A stretch of DNA of 64,000 nt, taken from contig NC_043007.1 in NCBI RefSeq assembly GCF_006345805.1, positions 56,358,001 through 56,422,000 on the forward strand, read 5' to 3'. This document shows positions 44,428-57,700 of the stretch, piece by piece. The translations under genes and the position numbers were made by a program. The notes beneath the pieces are model-generated. The model did no database searches, was not told the DNA's origin, and saw only the letters and a program-made list of their open reading frames with translations. This DNA comes from Octopus sinensis. Its lineage: Eukaryota. Every line of letters begins with the position of its first letter. Within the stretch, counting starts at the first letter, position 1.

Positions 44428-44827
44428 AAGATAATACATACTGTTTGGTTTTGCGGTTATGCGTTTTATGGTATGCAGTAATTATCCGCACGTATGTGGT
44501 ATCTGTTTCCCTTCTTTTCCGTTCTTTACAAACAGAATTGGTTTATGTTTTTGGCTTATTTGTAAGAGAATCTTTCATATACATGTGTTCAGCTGTTGTG
44601 TTGGATGTTGATCTGTCAAGGTAAGTGTTTGAACTTTAAAGATGAAGTAAACGTGCGTGCACACACATATATGTATATATATACACATATGTATACGCAA
44701 ATACACACACACATACATACATCGAAACGTAAAAGACTTTTTCACTTTCCCGACCGTCAAACTACTACATTTATTTGTTGTTCATGCACCTGTCTTCGTC
44801 TTTTATTTTTCTATAAATTTTCTACTA

Positions 44828-46313
<1,486 letters not shown>

Positions 46314-46321
46314 CACCCCCC

Positions 46322-46364
<43 letters not shown>

Positions 46365-46749
46365 ACACACACATATATATATAGTAAATACATTAGACGG
46401 TCTAAGTTTATACTCAAATTTTCCCGTTAACGATTTTCAGAACAGCATTTCACTTGTGACTGTTTATAAATAAAATTTACAAGTTTAAGATTTAAAACAA
46501 ATTAAGAGATGAATAAAGAAACACGTTAGTTATATGGTGGTGGCGGTGGTGCAGAAGAAAAAGAAGTGTATAGGGCGAGACAGGTTTTTATATATTATAA
46601 AGCGAATGTTTAGAAGGGAGTGCGAGGGGAGTGGATAGAATAAAGAAAAGAAATAAGGGCTGTAGAAAGTAAAGAGACAAATGAGAAGCAGAAGAAAAAA
46701 GGGAAGAAGGGAAAGAGAATGAAAACGAGAATGAAAAACTGAAACAGCG

Positions 46750-47000
46750 AGAGAGTGTGAGTGAGTGAGTAAGTGAGTGAGTGAGTGAGTGAGTGAGTGA
46801 GTGAGTGAGTGAGTGAGTGAGAGATTGAGTGAGTGAGTGAATGAATGAATGAGAGAGTGAGTGAATGAGTGAGAGATTGAGTGAGTGAATGAATGAATGA
46901 GTGAGTGAGTGAGTGAGAGAGTGAGTGAATGAATGAATGAATGAATGAGTGAGTGAGTGAGTGAGTGAGTGAGAGATTGAGTGAGTTAGTGAGTGAGAGT
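46750..47000. repeat. (GAGT)n/(GAAT)n compound microsatellite
   Basis: Read directly from the sequence. Confidence 0.9.
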
Positions 47001-48034
47001 AAAAAGAAATAGAACAAGGAATTGTACAGGGAATTGTACGTAAAAATTGTACGTAACAAAGAAAAACTGAATGAGAGGGAGTGAAGTAAAAGGAAATAAA
47101 TGAAAGGAACCAGTGTCACCAGAAACAAGTAATCAACAAGGAACGGAGACAAAAATATAACAACAGAGCGAGAAAGGAAATTCTGTAAAATGCAACAGAT
47201 TAATATGTATTGAGAGTTTGTAGCTTATAACACGAAAAAATGTTGTGTGGTGTACGGAAATAATAGATACGTAATTCTGATGAGGCAGGGGAAGAAGGAG
47301 GTAGACTTAAACGTCGATTAAAATAGAAGAGAGGCTAAGATGTTGATTAGTTCATGAAAAGGAAGATTAGAACGAGTGAGAGGCGGATGGGGTGTAATAA
47401 ATAAAGTGATGGGTGAGTAATGTTATTTTATGTTGGGGAGGGGTGTTATGAATAGGTGACTAGAAATTGCCCTTCAAGAAACAAGGTTTTGGTGGATTTT
47501 GAGAACGACAGATTTTAAGTGATGAGGAAGGTAAGATACCATTCTCACACAAATTCTTTTCAAGAAGGTTCTAAAAGTGTCACAAAGACATGAAAATGTC
47601 CAAGGAAACTTTTTGCTTATTTTGGAAAAGCAAAGCAACATTTACAAGGCAGACATATCTACACAGTCCACGCTTCTTTCTAACAGCATGTCAAGTATAC
47701 ATAGAAAAACACCCATTCATATTAATATAGAAACCCAGTTTTTATTACTCGGGTAAACTTGTATTTCATTAAAGTATCACAAATATAAATTCTAAGATAA
47801 GCTTGATATACAGCTTGATTAACTTAGCAAAAAGTAGGCTTGGTCGATAAGTACCAGTTGAGCAATGTGATTAATGTAATCGATTTACCTAAATTGTTGG
47901 CTTTATGCCAACATTTGAAACAAATATATTTGCAAATATTTTTGGAATTTTTAAACAGGAAAAATCAAAAACCAAGGTAGAACGAGTATCTCAAGTCATT
48001 TAGAATAATCTAATTAGGGTAAGGTGAATTTGAA

Positions 48035-48110
48035 GTCTTATAGCCGTTTCTGGGATAACCTAAGTGGTAGGTTAGTATGTCCACGCACTGGGCATTCCGT
48101 CATCAGAGAC
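48035..48110 (-). ncRNA. Hammerhead-like motif; inverted partner at 48850-48925 (+)
   Basis: GUCU-CUGAUGA...UCCCA-GAAAC-GGCU-AUA-AGAC. The partner reads CUGGUGA...GAAAC-GGCU-GCA-AGAC, so the two-copy consensus has GUA. Confidence 0.5.
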
Positions 48111-48486
48111 AAGGTATGAATATTTTTGACATGGAAAATGTAGTTTACAAGAAATGAAATTCACAGTTTATAAGGAATAAAATAGAAGAATAAAGAGTAA
48201 AGGCAGTTAGAAGAATACAGACAGGATAATAATGTTCAGTGGAATAAATCATTCAAAATACTGCCAAAATACCGTCTGGATTTACCTGGGATTATACTAG
48301 AGACTCGTACCTTCATGGAAGTACCGACCAACATCCATATCCTCTGGAAAAAGATGAGTTCTGAACATTATTCTCCTGCCTGTATTCTTCTAATAACTTT
48401 TACTCGTTATTCTGCTATTTCATTCCTTATAGGCTTTGAATTTTATTCCTTGTAAACTGTAACTTTTCGTTGTCAAAAATATTCAG

Positions 48487-48603
48487 GCATGGATGTGTAT
48501 GGTTTCAGATTCAGCCCCACTGCGTAGTACCTTGGACGAGTTCATTCTGCTATAGCATCGGGCCGACCAAACCCTTATGAGTAGATTTGGTAGACGGAAA
48601 CTG

Positions 48604-48639
<36 letters not shown>

Positions 48640-48832
48640 CGTATGTTTGCATATGTTTGTCACCACCACCATCGCTTGACAACCGATGTAGGTGTGTTTA
48701 CATCCCCGTAACTTAGCGGTTCGGCAAAAGACAACGATAGAATAAGTACTAGGCTCACAAAGAATAAGCCCCGGGGGCATTTTGTTCACCTAAAGGCGGT
48801 GCTCCAACATGACTGAAATAAATATAAAAAAA
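48487..48832 (+). mobile_element. SINE family 1
   Basis: Head, internal (TA)n, and tail through GGCGGTGCTCCAACATG. Confidence 0.8.
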
Positions 48833-49020
48833 AGAAAGAGAATGCCCTTGTCTCTGGTGATGGAACGTCCAGTACGTGAACATAATAACCTAGCACATGG
48901 GTTATCCCAGAAACGGCTGCAAGACTTCAAATTCACCTTACCATAATTAAATTATTCTAAATGACTCGATATACTCGTTCTGCCTTGTTTTTTGATTTTT
49001 CCTCTAATATTATATATATG

Positions 49021-49093
<73 letters not shown>

Positions 49094-49119
49094 TTCGAAT
49101 ATCAAAGGTATTTCATCAC

Positions 49120-49161
49120 AACTGTCAGACGAACGGGAACGTGAAACTCTGAGTTACAGTT
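49120..49161 (+). ncRNA. Minimal type I hammerhead-like motif with a U4A core variant
   Basis: AACUGU-CAGACGA-ACG(ggaa)CGU-GAAA-C(ucuga)G-UU-ACAGUU; stem I 6 bp. Confidence 0.55.
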
Positions 49162-49210
49162 TTTTTGATAATTTTTCTACTGCAATAAAAGTATGTATAT
49201 ATATATATAA

Positions 49211-49281
<71 letters not shown>

Positions 49282-49366
49282 ACATATATATATATGTATG
49301 TTACGATGTAACATGAAAAGAATTTCGGGCTTTGTGCCTAGAGTAGAAAAGAATATTTTTTATATA

Positions 49367-50520
49367 CACACATAGATGCAGGAAGTAAATAGACACCTTT
49401 AATTTTCAAAATTTCTGATCTAAGTGTCTTAATATGTTTTCAGCGGTGTAGAATTTACAATTTAATTATTCTTTTTCATTCCATATGCCATTATATTAAG
49501 CATTTGCGAAGAGTAACCATGCCACGCACAAAAAATTCTGCAGAGCTGTCAGATTTTCAAAGAGGTCTTATTGTAGGGCAATTTGAGGCTGGTCTTAGCC
49601 AGCGAAAAATTGACAAAAATCTTCAAATTCTTCTTGCTACTGTTAATAGAATTATAGTGCAATTCAAAAGCCAAGGAATAGAATGAACAGATTCTCGTCC
49701 CGGACGACCTGGGCCCTCGGAAAGGAAACTTTGAAGAGAATTGTGGAAAACGAACCCCGTTCGAAGGCTTCTGACATTGCAAAGCAGTTAGAAGTTAGTC
49801 CAAAGTTAGTCCAAGAACGTGTGTTGCATATCTGCATAAGCTTGGGTATTATGAACGAGCAGTTAGATGAAAACCTCTCCTTCAACCTACTAATATGGGG
49901 ATAGCGTGATTTTCTCAGATGAATCCAGATTTGCATTATTTTCAGACAATGGACGTGTTTCGGTCTGGAGTCTTCCCAATCAAGAATTTGATTTGAAGCG
50001 GCTCCAACCAACTGTGAAACATGGTGGTATCACTGCAATGGTATGGAGAGCTATCACCAGCAATGGTCGTCTGAGCTGATCGAATGTGTTGGAACCGTAA
50101 ACTCTGAAAAATACATTGAAATACTTAAGCAAGGACTACTTTCGATGTATTCACACGATAACATAACGAAAAATGAGTTTTTATTCATGGAAGATGAGGC
50201 TCCATGCCACACAGCGGACTGAAAATGGGATCAAAAAGCTTCCTTGGCCGAGTCAATCTCCTGACATGAACCCAATTGAAAATCTTTGGAGCATACTAGA
50301 TAGAGCTATACGAAAAACTGGACAGGAACCTAAATCTAAAGATGAATTGTTTCGATTGTTGCGTGAAAAGTGGGCAGAAATACACAAGAGACTGTCACAA
50401 AGCTCATCAGTTCAATGCCAAAAAGAGTTTCTGAATTAAAAACTGCAAAGGGAATGTCAACTAAATACTAAATTATGTAGCCCTACCTATCGATTAAATT
50501 TCAATTGTTCGCTTTGCGTA
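49367..50520 (+). mobile_element. Tc1-family DNA transposon, second copy of the same family, decayed; 3' TIR replaced by a SINE
   Basis: ATG at 49519 ([20 protein letters not shown]) and WPSQSPDMNPIENLW. Left end ATGCAGGAAGTAAATAGACACCTTTAATTT is shared with the 27.6-kb TIR. 50450-50520 matches the reverse complement of 27660-27730. Confidence 0.9.
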
Positions 50521-50659
50521 ACTGGTACTTAATATATCGACCTCGAAAGGATGAAAGGCAAAGTCGATCTCGGCGGAATTTGAACTCAGAACGTAGCGGC
50601 AGACGAAATACTGCTAAGCATTTCGCCCGGCATGCTAGCGTTTCTGCCAACTCGCCGCC
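50521..50659 (-). mobile_element. SINE family 2, 3'-truncated, at the end of Tc1 copy 2
   Basis: Reverse-complement match to head and core. Confidence 0.85.
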
Positions 50660-51645
50660 TTTCCTAGCTATCTATTTGTATGTGTTTGTTTCGTTAATAA
50701 TATGCTTGTCTGTGGCAGTTATATTTTCGAAGCAACGCCGCCTAACGTTCGATAGATAAGATAATACATCGTTGTAGAAAAAGACGTAAGATAAAAGTAG
50801 ACATGTAACAGCCGTAACAAGCTCCCGGGGGATATTAAGAAATACTCAACCTTTAAATTTCTTCAAAGTTTCATTTGACTGCTGTAGTCTATTCAAAAGA
50901 TAGGTGGAATTTTCTTTCATTTATTTCTTGCCTATTTAATCGTTCCAAACCTGGAGAATTGACATCTGTTCGTGGATATGAAGTTTAGTGTAATGTGTAA
51001 TACGGAGATTGTTTACGTGTGTTTCTATTTCTACGTATGATTAGAAATATATTAAACACCTACACAATCTCCTATACATACATACATACATATATACATA
51101 CATACATGCATATATAAATACATACACACACACACATACATATCTACATACCCCCACACAAATACATTTATACCCATACATACATGTGCATACATCCATG
51201 CATATATACATGCATATACAGTTATATACATATACAAACGTAAATATATATGCATTATATTTATTGGGTATGCGGATATTTTGAAAATAGCACCCATTCA
51301 ACTACCCTTAGCAGGGATAGTGCAATTCGTAGGACTGCCGTGTGGAAACTTGTGAAAAGGTAGCAGAAGAGCCCAACTGAACTAACGGTGTTTCTTACTT
51401 TGATGCTGAGTGGAAGAATCCTTGAAGATCAAAGGCAGGAAATCCAAGCTCTATCAAGAGAGTAACTGCAACACATCCATGAAAGATTCAATATAATTAA
51501 TGAAAGATTCCATATTCAAGCTCCCATTTCAAATTCACAATAGAATTAGTTGGCAACACGGAATCAGGGAAATCCACGAAAGCAGCGAACAAGTATCTGT
51601 CTGTTTGTCTGTCAGTTTCTCTGTCTGTCTGTCTGTATGTATGTA

Positions 51646-52446
51646 CGAGGTGGTATCAAAAGGTTTCCGGATCAGTTATGTTTAATAAAAAAAAGAACTT
51701 ATTTACGTTATTTTTAGCATCAAAATAGTCACTATGCGCAGCAGTACACCGGTCCCAACGTTCCTGCGACTTTTGGAATCCGGCCTCGAAGTCGTTTTCC
51801 GTAAGTGAGTCGAGGACCTTCTGCGATTCGCTTTGGATCTCGACAGCGATGTTAAAATGGCGACCTTTGAGCTGCATTTTCATCTTGGGAAAGAATGTTC
51901 GCAGGTTCTAAATCTGGCGAATAGGGCCGGTGCGGAAGCGATATCATGTTGTTTTGGGTGATAACCTTGCGAGTGAGGAGAGCTCGAGGAAGAATCCAAT
52001 TCTTGGCACTCCTCAGATCCGGTCGCTTTCGCCAAATGTCCTCCTTCAAACGCTTCTAAAAGTCACAGTAGAACTTTCGATTGACAGTCAGGCCCAATAT
52101 CACATTTCTGGGGTGACGCTCGTGACAGGTCTTTCAGATCGCCCATCGTCTTCCAGGAACGTTCATCTGCTTTTGAAGTGCCCGTGCCACTCGAAACATG
52201 GCGAACGCCCCTTGTTCGTCGATGCATGCATGCTCAATGACTCTGTAGTAGACTTCCCAAGTTTAACGCAAAATTTCACGTTAGATCTTTTCTCCATGAC
52301 AAAATCACAGACTAGAGCATACATGTGTTCACAAAAACACACTGCCTCATGAATATCACTGTTAGCCCTCACAGCGCACACAACAGTATGCTGTCATCTG
52401 TTGGTGCGCCACAGAACTAGTCCAATAACTCTTTGATACTACCTCG
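51646..52446 (-). mobile_element. Internally deleted mariner element (801 bp) with TIRs and TA target duplications
   Basis: TA-CGAGGTGGTATCAAAA ... TTTGATACTACCTCG-TA. Fragments MEKRSNVKFCVKLGKS, PHRPYSPDLEP and LKGRHF..ERWDRC. Confidence 0.9.
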
Positions 52447-52559
52447 TATGTATGTGTATATATATATATATGCATATGTATATACATATCTAAGTATGTA
52501 CATGTATGTATGTATGTATGTATGTATGTATGTATGTATGTATGTATGTATATATAATT

Positions 52560-52752
52560 CATATGATTATATGACTGAACGCCATGCATCCGTTTCCAAG
52601 TAAGTTTTATCTTAATAATTCTGATGCGACACTAAATCTATCACTATTTCTATTTCCGTCTCTCGTCTTCTTTCTAATTCTTTTTATCCCCCTTTTTTCT
52701 CTCTCATCCTTTCTCTATTATTCTCCTCCTCCTTCACCGTTCTCTATCTGTC

Positions 52753-52794
<42 letters not shown>

Positions 52795-53278
52795 ACACTC
52801 CCTCCTTGACTCTCCCGTTGCTCACACGTGACCAGCGGTCATCTTTCGTTTCCTAACTTGAATTTCTTTCTTTCCGTTCGTTTAGCTACAGGGATAGGAC
52901 GCATTCTTGCCTCTCTCCTGTCATTATGGCTTAACAGCCCTTACCGTTTGTTTTCACTGTCCTGATTTTGTTACCAGCTTTGAACCTCCGCAAATCCCAA
53001 ATATTATTTAATTTGCTTTGCTGGAGCAACTGTTCTGACGAAGACACATTTTGTCGTAATGCTCGAAATGCGGAGTAGATAACACAAAGCGATTGTTCTT
53101 TATGTTGCATGTCTTGTTTTTCCATTTGTTTCTTTCTTTATTCGCAAAGTTCGTTATGCATTTATTCGTATTTCATGTTCTCGTTTTCCTGTTGTTTACG
53201 TTTTTTGACGTCCATATATGCTTATGTATATACATATATATGTATGTACATGTATGTATGTATGTATATATGCATAGA
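52560..53278 (+). repeat. Interspersed non-coding repeat (Penelope-pLTR-like family P); other copies at 8044-8900 (-) and 9720-10170 (+), partials at 23835-24065 and 17900-18185
   Basis: Shared blocks GAAC.CCATGCATCC.TTTCCAAGTAAGTTTT, CTCACACGTGACCA, AAATCCCAAAT..TTTGCTTTGC, CGAAA..CGGAGTAGATAA, TGTTCTTTATGTTGC. The block order is permuted between copies. Confidence 0.7.
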
Positions 53279-53279
53279 G

Positions 53280-54680
53280 GTGATTGAAGACACAAACAAA
53301 AAAACAATCACATACAAAGTTTTCGATAGGAAACTGAAAAAAATGACAAATGCCACACCCCAACAGTTAGAGATAGCTCTAAAGCCCATTTGGGCCCAAA
53401 AGAGCTACGTAACCAAGGGGAAGCGTTTCGGAACCGTGGACGTTCGCTTCCCAACAGAGGAGCTTGCAAGGGCGAACGCCATTTCGCCCTTGCAAACTGA
53501 GAATTTGTTACTAGTCCCAACCCACCTCGGGCGAAGAGTAACAAAAATAAAGATCGACCTTGTCCCCCCTGAACTAGATATGTCATGGCTGGTGGCAGCT
53601 GTCCTCTATGATATAGAGGACACTACCACCATTCTAGATGTCAGGAGAGTGAGGGAGAAAAACTGGTTGGGGATGGGAGTGCTGCTTCTTGCGCAAATTC
53701 AGCAAGAAAATATCAGCAAAGTCCCTGATTTCGTGAGTTTGCCGGACGGCACCAGGCTAAACGTTGCTGTGGAGGGGCGAAAGCCAAAATGTTTCCTCTG
53801 CAGCAGCGAAAGCCACTTAAAGAGGGACTGCCCCATTCAAAAAAAGAGGATGGAGGAGTATAACAAGAGGAAGCAACAACAACAACAACAACAACAACAG
53901 AAACAACAACAACAGAAACAACAACAGAAACAGCACGAAACACCAAAAGCTGCCACACCACCAACACCATCACCAGCACCAAGACGAACAACACCACCTC
54001 CAACAACAACAACCACCACCAAACCAACACCGACACCAGTACCTCGAAGGTCGACAGCAGCAACATCAACAGCAACAGGAGCAGCGGCACCACCGATACC
54101 GGCGGAACCAAAAACCTTTCGTCTTGCTACTGAAGCAGACCCCTCAACCATTCCTTTGCCGGATGAAGAGTCGGATTGTGCGAGTTCTGATTCCAACAAA
54201 GGAGAATGGAGCATAGTGCCTCCAAAGAAGAAAAGGAGGAAAAAACAAAAAGATTTACAGGGGAAGCACGAACAAATAGTGCTTCCAAACATCAACAACA
54301 ACATCAACGACAACACACATTCACAACAACAAACAACAACAACAACACTTTCGACACCACTACTGCCACTGCCACACACACAAACACACACAGACACAAT
54401 TACATCAATAAACACAAAGAACCAAAAACTAGTGGAGTACTTAAAAAACAAAACTAGTACAAATATAACCGATTTCATCATACCAACACAAAACACACCA
54501 CCAGCACACATTCTCACAATAAAAATAAATGCAAAAACATATGATGAAATCAAACAAATATTCCCTAACGATGTGGGATCGCTAGGGAAAAGTTTCTCGA
54601 AGAAACTTTATAAAAACATTGTGGAAGCACCTGTGCAAAAGCACAAGGGAGCCACCCCCACCACCAACAACAATAAGTAG
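53280..54680 (+). CDS. L1/Tx1-clade LINE ORF1 (gag-like), 5'-truncated: N-terminal domain, CCHC zinc knuckle, polyQ/Pro/Thr linker, basic patch, C-terminal domain
   Basis: Open frame ending at 54680, 37 bp before ORF2, with CFLCSSESHLKRDC (CX2CX4HX4C). Homology to the second ORF1 at 63-64 kb extends upstream of the first internal ATG (53343). The track's N-terminus (53109 to about 53275) is flanking repeat and microsatellite. Confidence 0.88.
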   Translation: MIEDTNKKTITYKVFDRKLKKMTNATPQQLEIALKPIWAQKSYVTKGKRFGTVDVRFPTEELARANAISPLQTENLLLVPTHLGRRVTKIKIDLVPPELDMSWLVAAVLYDIEDTTTILDVRRVREKNWLGMGVLLLAQIQQENISKVPDFVSLPDGTRLNVAVEGRKPKCFLCSSESHLKRDCPIQKKRMEEYNKRKQQQQQQQQQKQQQQKQQQKQHETPKAATPPTPSPAPRRTTPPPTTTTTTKPTPTPVPRRSTAATSTATGAAAPPIPAEPKTFRLATEADPSTIPLPDEESDCASSDSNKGEWSIVPPKKKRRKKQKDLQGKHEQIVLPNINNNINDNTHSQQQTTTTTLSTPLLPLPHTQTHTDTITSINTKNQKLVEYLKNKTSTNITDFIIPTQNTPPAHILTIKINAKTYDEIKQIFPNDVGSLGKSFSKKLYKNIVEAPVQKHKGATPTTNNNK

Positions 54681-54717
54681 AGCCTTTTTTCTCCTTTTTT
54701 TCCCCTACTTTTGAGAC

Positions 54718-57700
54718 ATGGCAAATCTTAGAATCGGTTGCTTGAATGTGAGAGGCCTCGGGTCACCTTGGAAACAGGGTCACCTGTTAAACTACCTGAG
54801 GTTTCATGATGTGGATGTAGCAGCCATCAGTGAAACCAGGCTCTCCGACCCGCAGGAACTCGCAGCCCTTTTCGGCGGATACGAGATATTTCTATCTCCG
54901 TGTCGGCCGGGAGCGGGCGGTGGTGGTACTGCGGTGTTGTTTCGGAAGGGCCTGGACCTGAAAATAAGGACAGTCTTCTTGGATCCGGAAGGTAAGTTGG
55001 TGGTCCTCGACGTCGACGGTAGTGACGGCGGTGCTTTCAGACTGCTGGCTGCCTACGCTCCGACAGGAGCAGGGCAGTCGGATTATTTCAAACGTCTGGA
55101 AGTTTTCCTGGGAACGTCACGCACTCTAGTGCTAGTTGGGGATTGGAACGCTGTCTTAGACGAACGTTTCGATCGGGTGGGCAGGGGAGCGTCTGATGGG
55201 AGAGGGGGAGGGTGCAAGAGCCTCGCCAACCTACTCGGCCGCTTTCAGCTGTCCGACAGGTTTCGACTAGACAACCCGAATGTGCCAATGTGGACTTGGA
55301 CAAACCGCATCGGGTCGTCTAGATCGTACTTAGATAGAGTGTTTTGTAGGCCAGCGGATAAGGACAGCGTAGGGTGTCCACAATTCCACCTAGTCGAATA
55401 TACGGACCACAAATTAGTGATCTGTACGGTCGACTTAGATAGGCTACATAGACAGGGACCCGGCTACTGGAAGCTGAACGCGTCATTAACGGCGTGCAAA
55501 GCTTACAGAGACCGGATTAGTTTACTAGTTAAGCGGGCGCTCACGGGGGCAATCATCAACAACAACTGGTGGTTTGCCCTCAAGAGAGCAATTAGAGTAG
55601 AGTCGATTAGGTATAGTAAGACTCTAGCTATCGAACGTAGGAAGAGAGAGCGGGATTTAGTTAAGAAACTAGACGAGGCTCTTGACACTGGCATCACGAC
55701 CGACGTGTTGGCGGCAAGGTTGGCCCTCGACCAACACTTCGACGCCAAACACGAAGGCTGCGTTGTCAGAGCTAAGGCACGTTCGCTAAGCGGGGAGGGG
55801 ACTAGAGCCGCTCGATGGGCCCGCGTGGCGGAGGCGAAGCGAGGCAACAGAGCAACCATTCGGTCTTTGGTGGACCAGAACGGGCGCGAGGTTACCGAAC
55901 CGAAGCAGATGTGTACGGTGCTTCAGCGGCACTTTACTCAACTGTTTGGGACGAGCGGTGGAACGGACAACGGTGCAGACTTCGGTGTGTACCTGGACGG
56001 CCTACCGCAACTCTCGGACAGCGAGGCAGAGTGCTGCGAAGGACCGATATCTGCCTGGGAAGTACAGGAAGCGATGAAGAGTTGCACGAGAGGTAGATCG
56101 CCGGGTTTGGATGGTCTGCCCTACGAGCTTTACTTTTCAATGCCAGACTTGTTTGCGGACCTGTTGGCAAACGTCTACTGCAACTGGCAGCAAAACGGGA
56201 GAATTCCTACTTTTGTCTGTCGAGGGGTGGTGGCTTTGCTAAAGAAGGACCCAAACAAGGGGGACGTTATAGGGAATTTCCGGCCCATCACTCTGCTCAA
56301 TGCAGAGTTGAAGATTTTGGCCAAGGTGCTAGCCAAGAGATTGGCGCTTGTCGTGGACAAGCTGGTCGGCAAGACGCAGACATGCGCCGTGCCGACCAGG
56401 TCGATACACGACAACCTCCATCTCATGCGCTACATCATAGAGAGGGTGGGTAACGATGCTGGTGCGGGTGGGGCTTTGATCAACTTGGATCAGAGTAAAG
56501 CCTTCGATAGGGTCGACCATCGGTACCTGGCAGCTGTCCTCAAGGCAGCCGGCTTCGGTCCAGTCTTCCGCGGGTGGATAGCTGCTTTATACAGCAACAT
56601 CTGCTCGGTGATACGGGTGAACGGTCACCTTTCGGAACCGTTCGTCATCTCGCGTTCGGTCCGCCAAGGATGCCCTCTCTCCTCCCTCTTGTACATTTTG
56701 ACTCTCGAGCCATTACTGCGCAAGTTGGAGGCTTTGAGGGGTATCCCGCGCGATCTAGGAGGCGGAAACAGCGTGTCTGCTTATGCCGACGACGTCACCG
56801 TGGTGGTGTCGAGCCACAGGCACATTGGCCTGATTGGCGAGACGCTAAACCAGTACGAAGCGGTGACAGGGGCAAAGATTAACGCGGAAAAGTCTGTGGG
56901 CTTGCAGCTGGGCACCTGGAGAGGCAAGCCCATGCCGTCCAACAGCGTCGTAGGGCGCTGGACAGACGGACCCGTTAAACTGCTCGGGGTCTGGTTCGGT
57001 CCGGACCTCCAGGTGGATAAGAACTGGGAAGAGGTGACGAGCAGGGTGGCACGTCTCACCCAGAAATGGGCCGAGAGGAAGCTGTCCCTGAAAGGTCGAG
57101 CGGAGGTGGCGAATGCGTACATCGCATCCGTCATCTATTACCGCTTGACCGTCGTCCCTTGTCCCGACCGCTGGTTGGCCAAGCTGGTACGCCTGCTCTT
57201 CGACTTTTTGTGGAAGGGTCAGGTGCCACTGGTCAGGCGATCCATCTGCTGTCAACGACCGCTGAACGGAGGCTTTGGAATGCCGTGGTTGCTGTTGCGC
57301 AGACATGCGCTCAGGCTGCGGCATCTCAAGCGTTTCCTAGACGGTGAACAGGTGTGGTCGTCTTTTGTCAGACGCGATTTTCCGCAGCTCGTCTCTTTGA
57401 CGGAGCTGCAGACCTTGATCAAACGTAGACCGAGAAAGGGCGCTTGGCACCTCGAGTGCCGTCAAGCCCTCTCCGCCCTCCGCCAGGCGGGCAATGCGAT
57501 CGGTTACAGCTCCACTCTAGCGTTCTATAGAGGGTTAGTGGAGGAAAAATGCGACGACGTTCTCGGGGAAACTCTAGGCGTTGAAGACGACGAACTGAGC
57601 GGTCTGTTCGGGAGGACTTTCAGGCCGGGGCCGATGGATAATTTCCAGAGGTCTCTCGCCTGGCAGTGCTACCGAGGGGCTCTGCCTGTTCGAGATAAAC

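Noticed and set aside
48248-48364. Short frame ending ...DQHPYPLEKDEF*, reminiscent of an ER-retention C-terminus (neudesin-like)
   Set aside because: There is an in-frame stop immediately upstream, no good splice acceptor, and no upstream similarity that I can recognise.
53109-53279. ORF1 start at ATG 53109 as given in the track
   Set aside because: This segment is repeat family P plus TATG microsatellite and is homologous to non-coding copies at 8 and 10 kb, so it is not part of the LINE.
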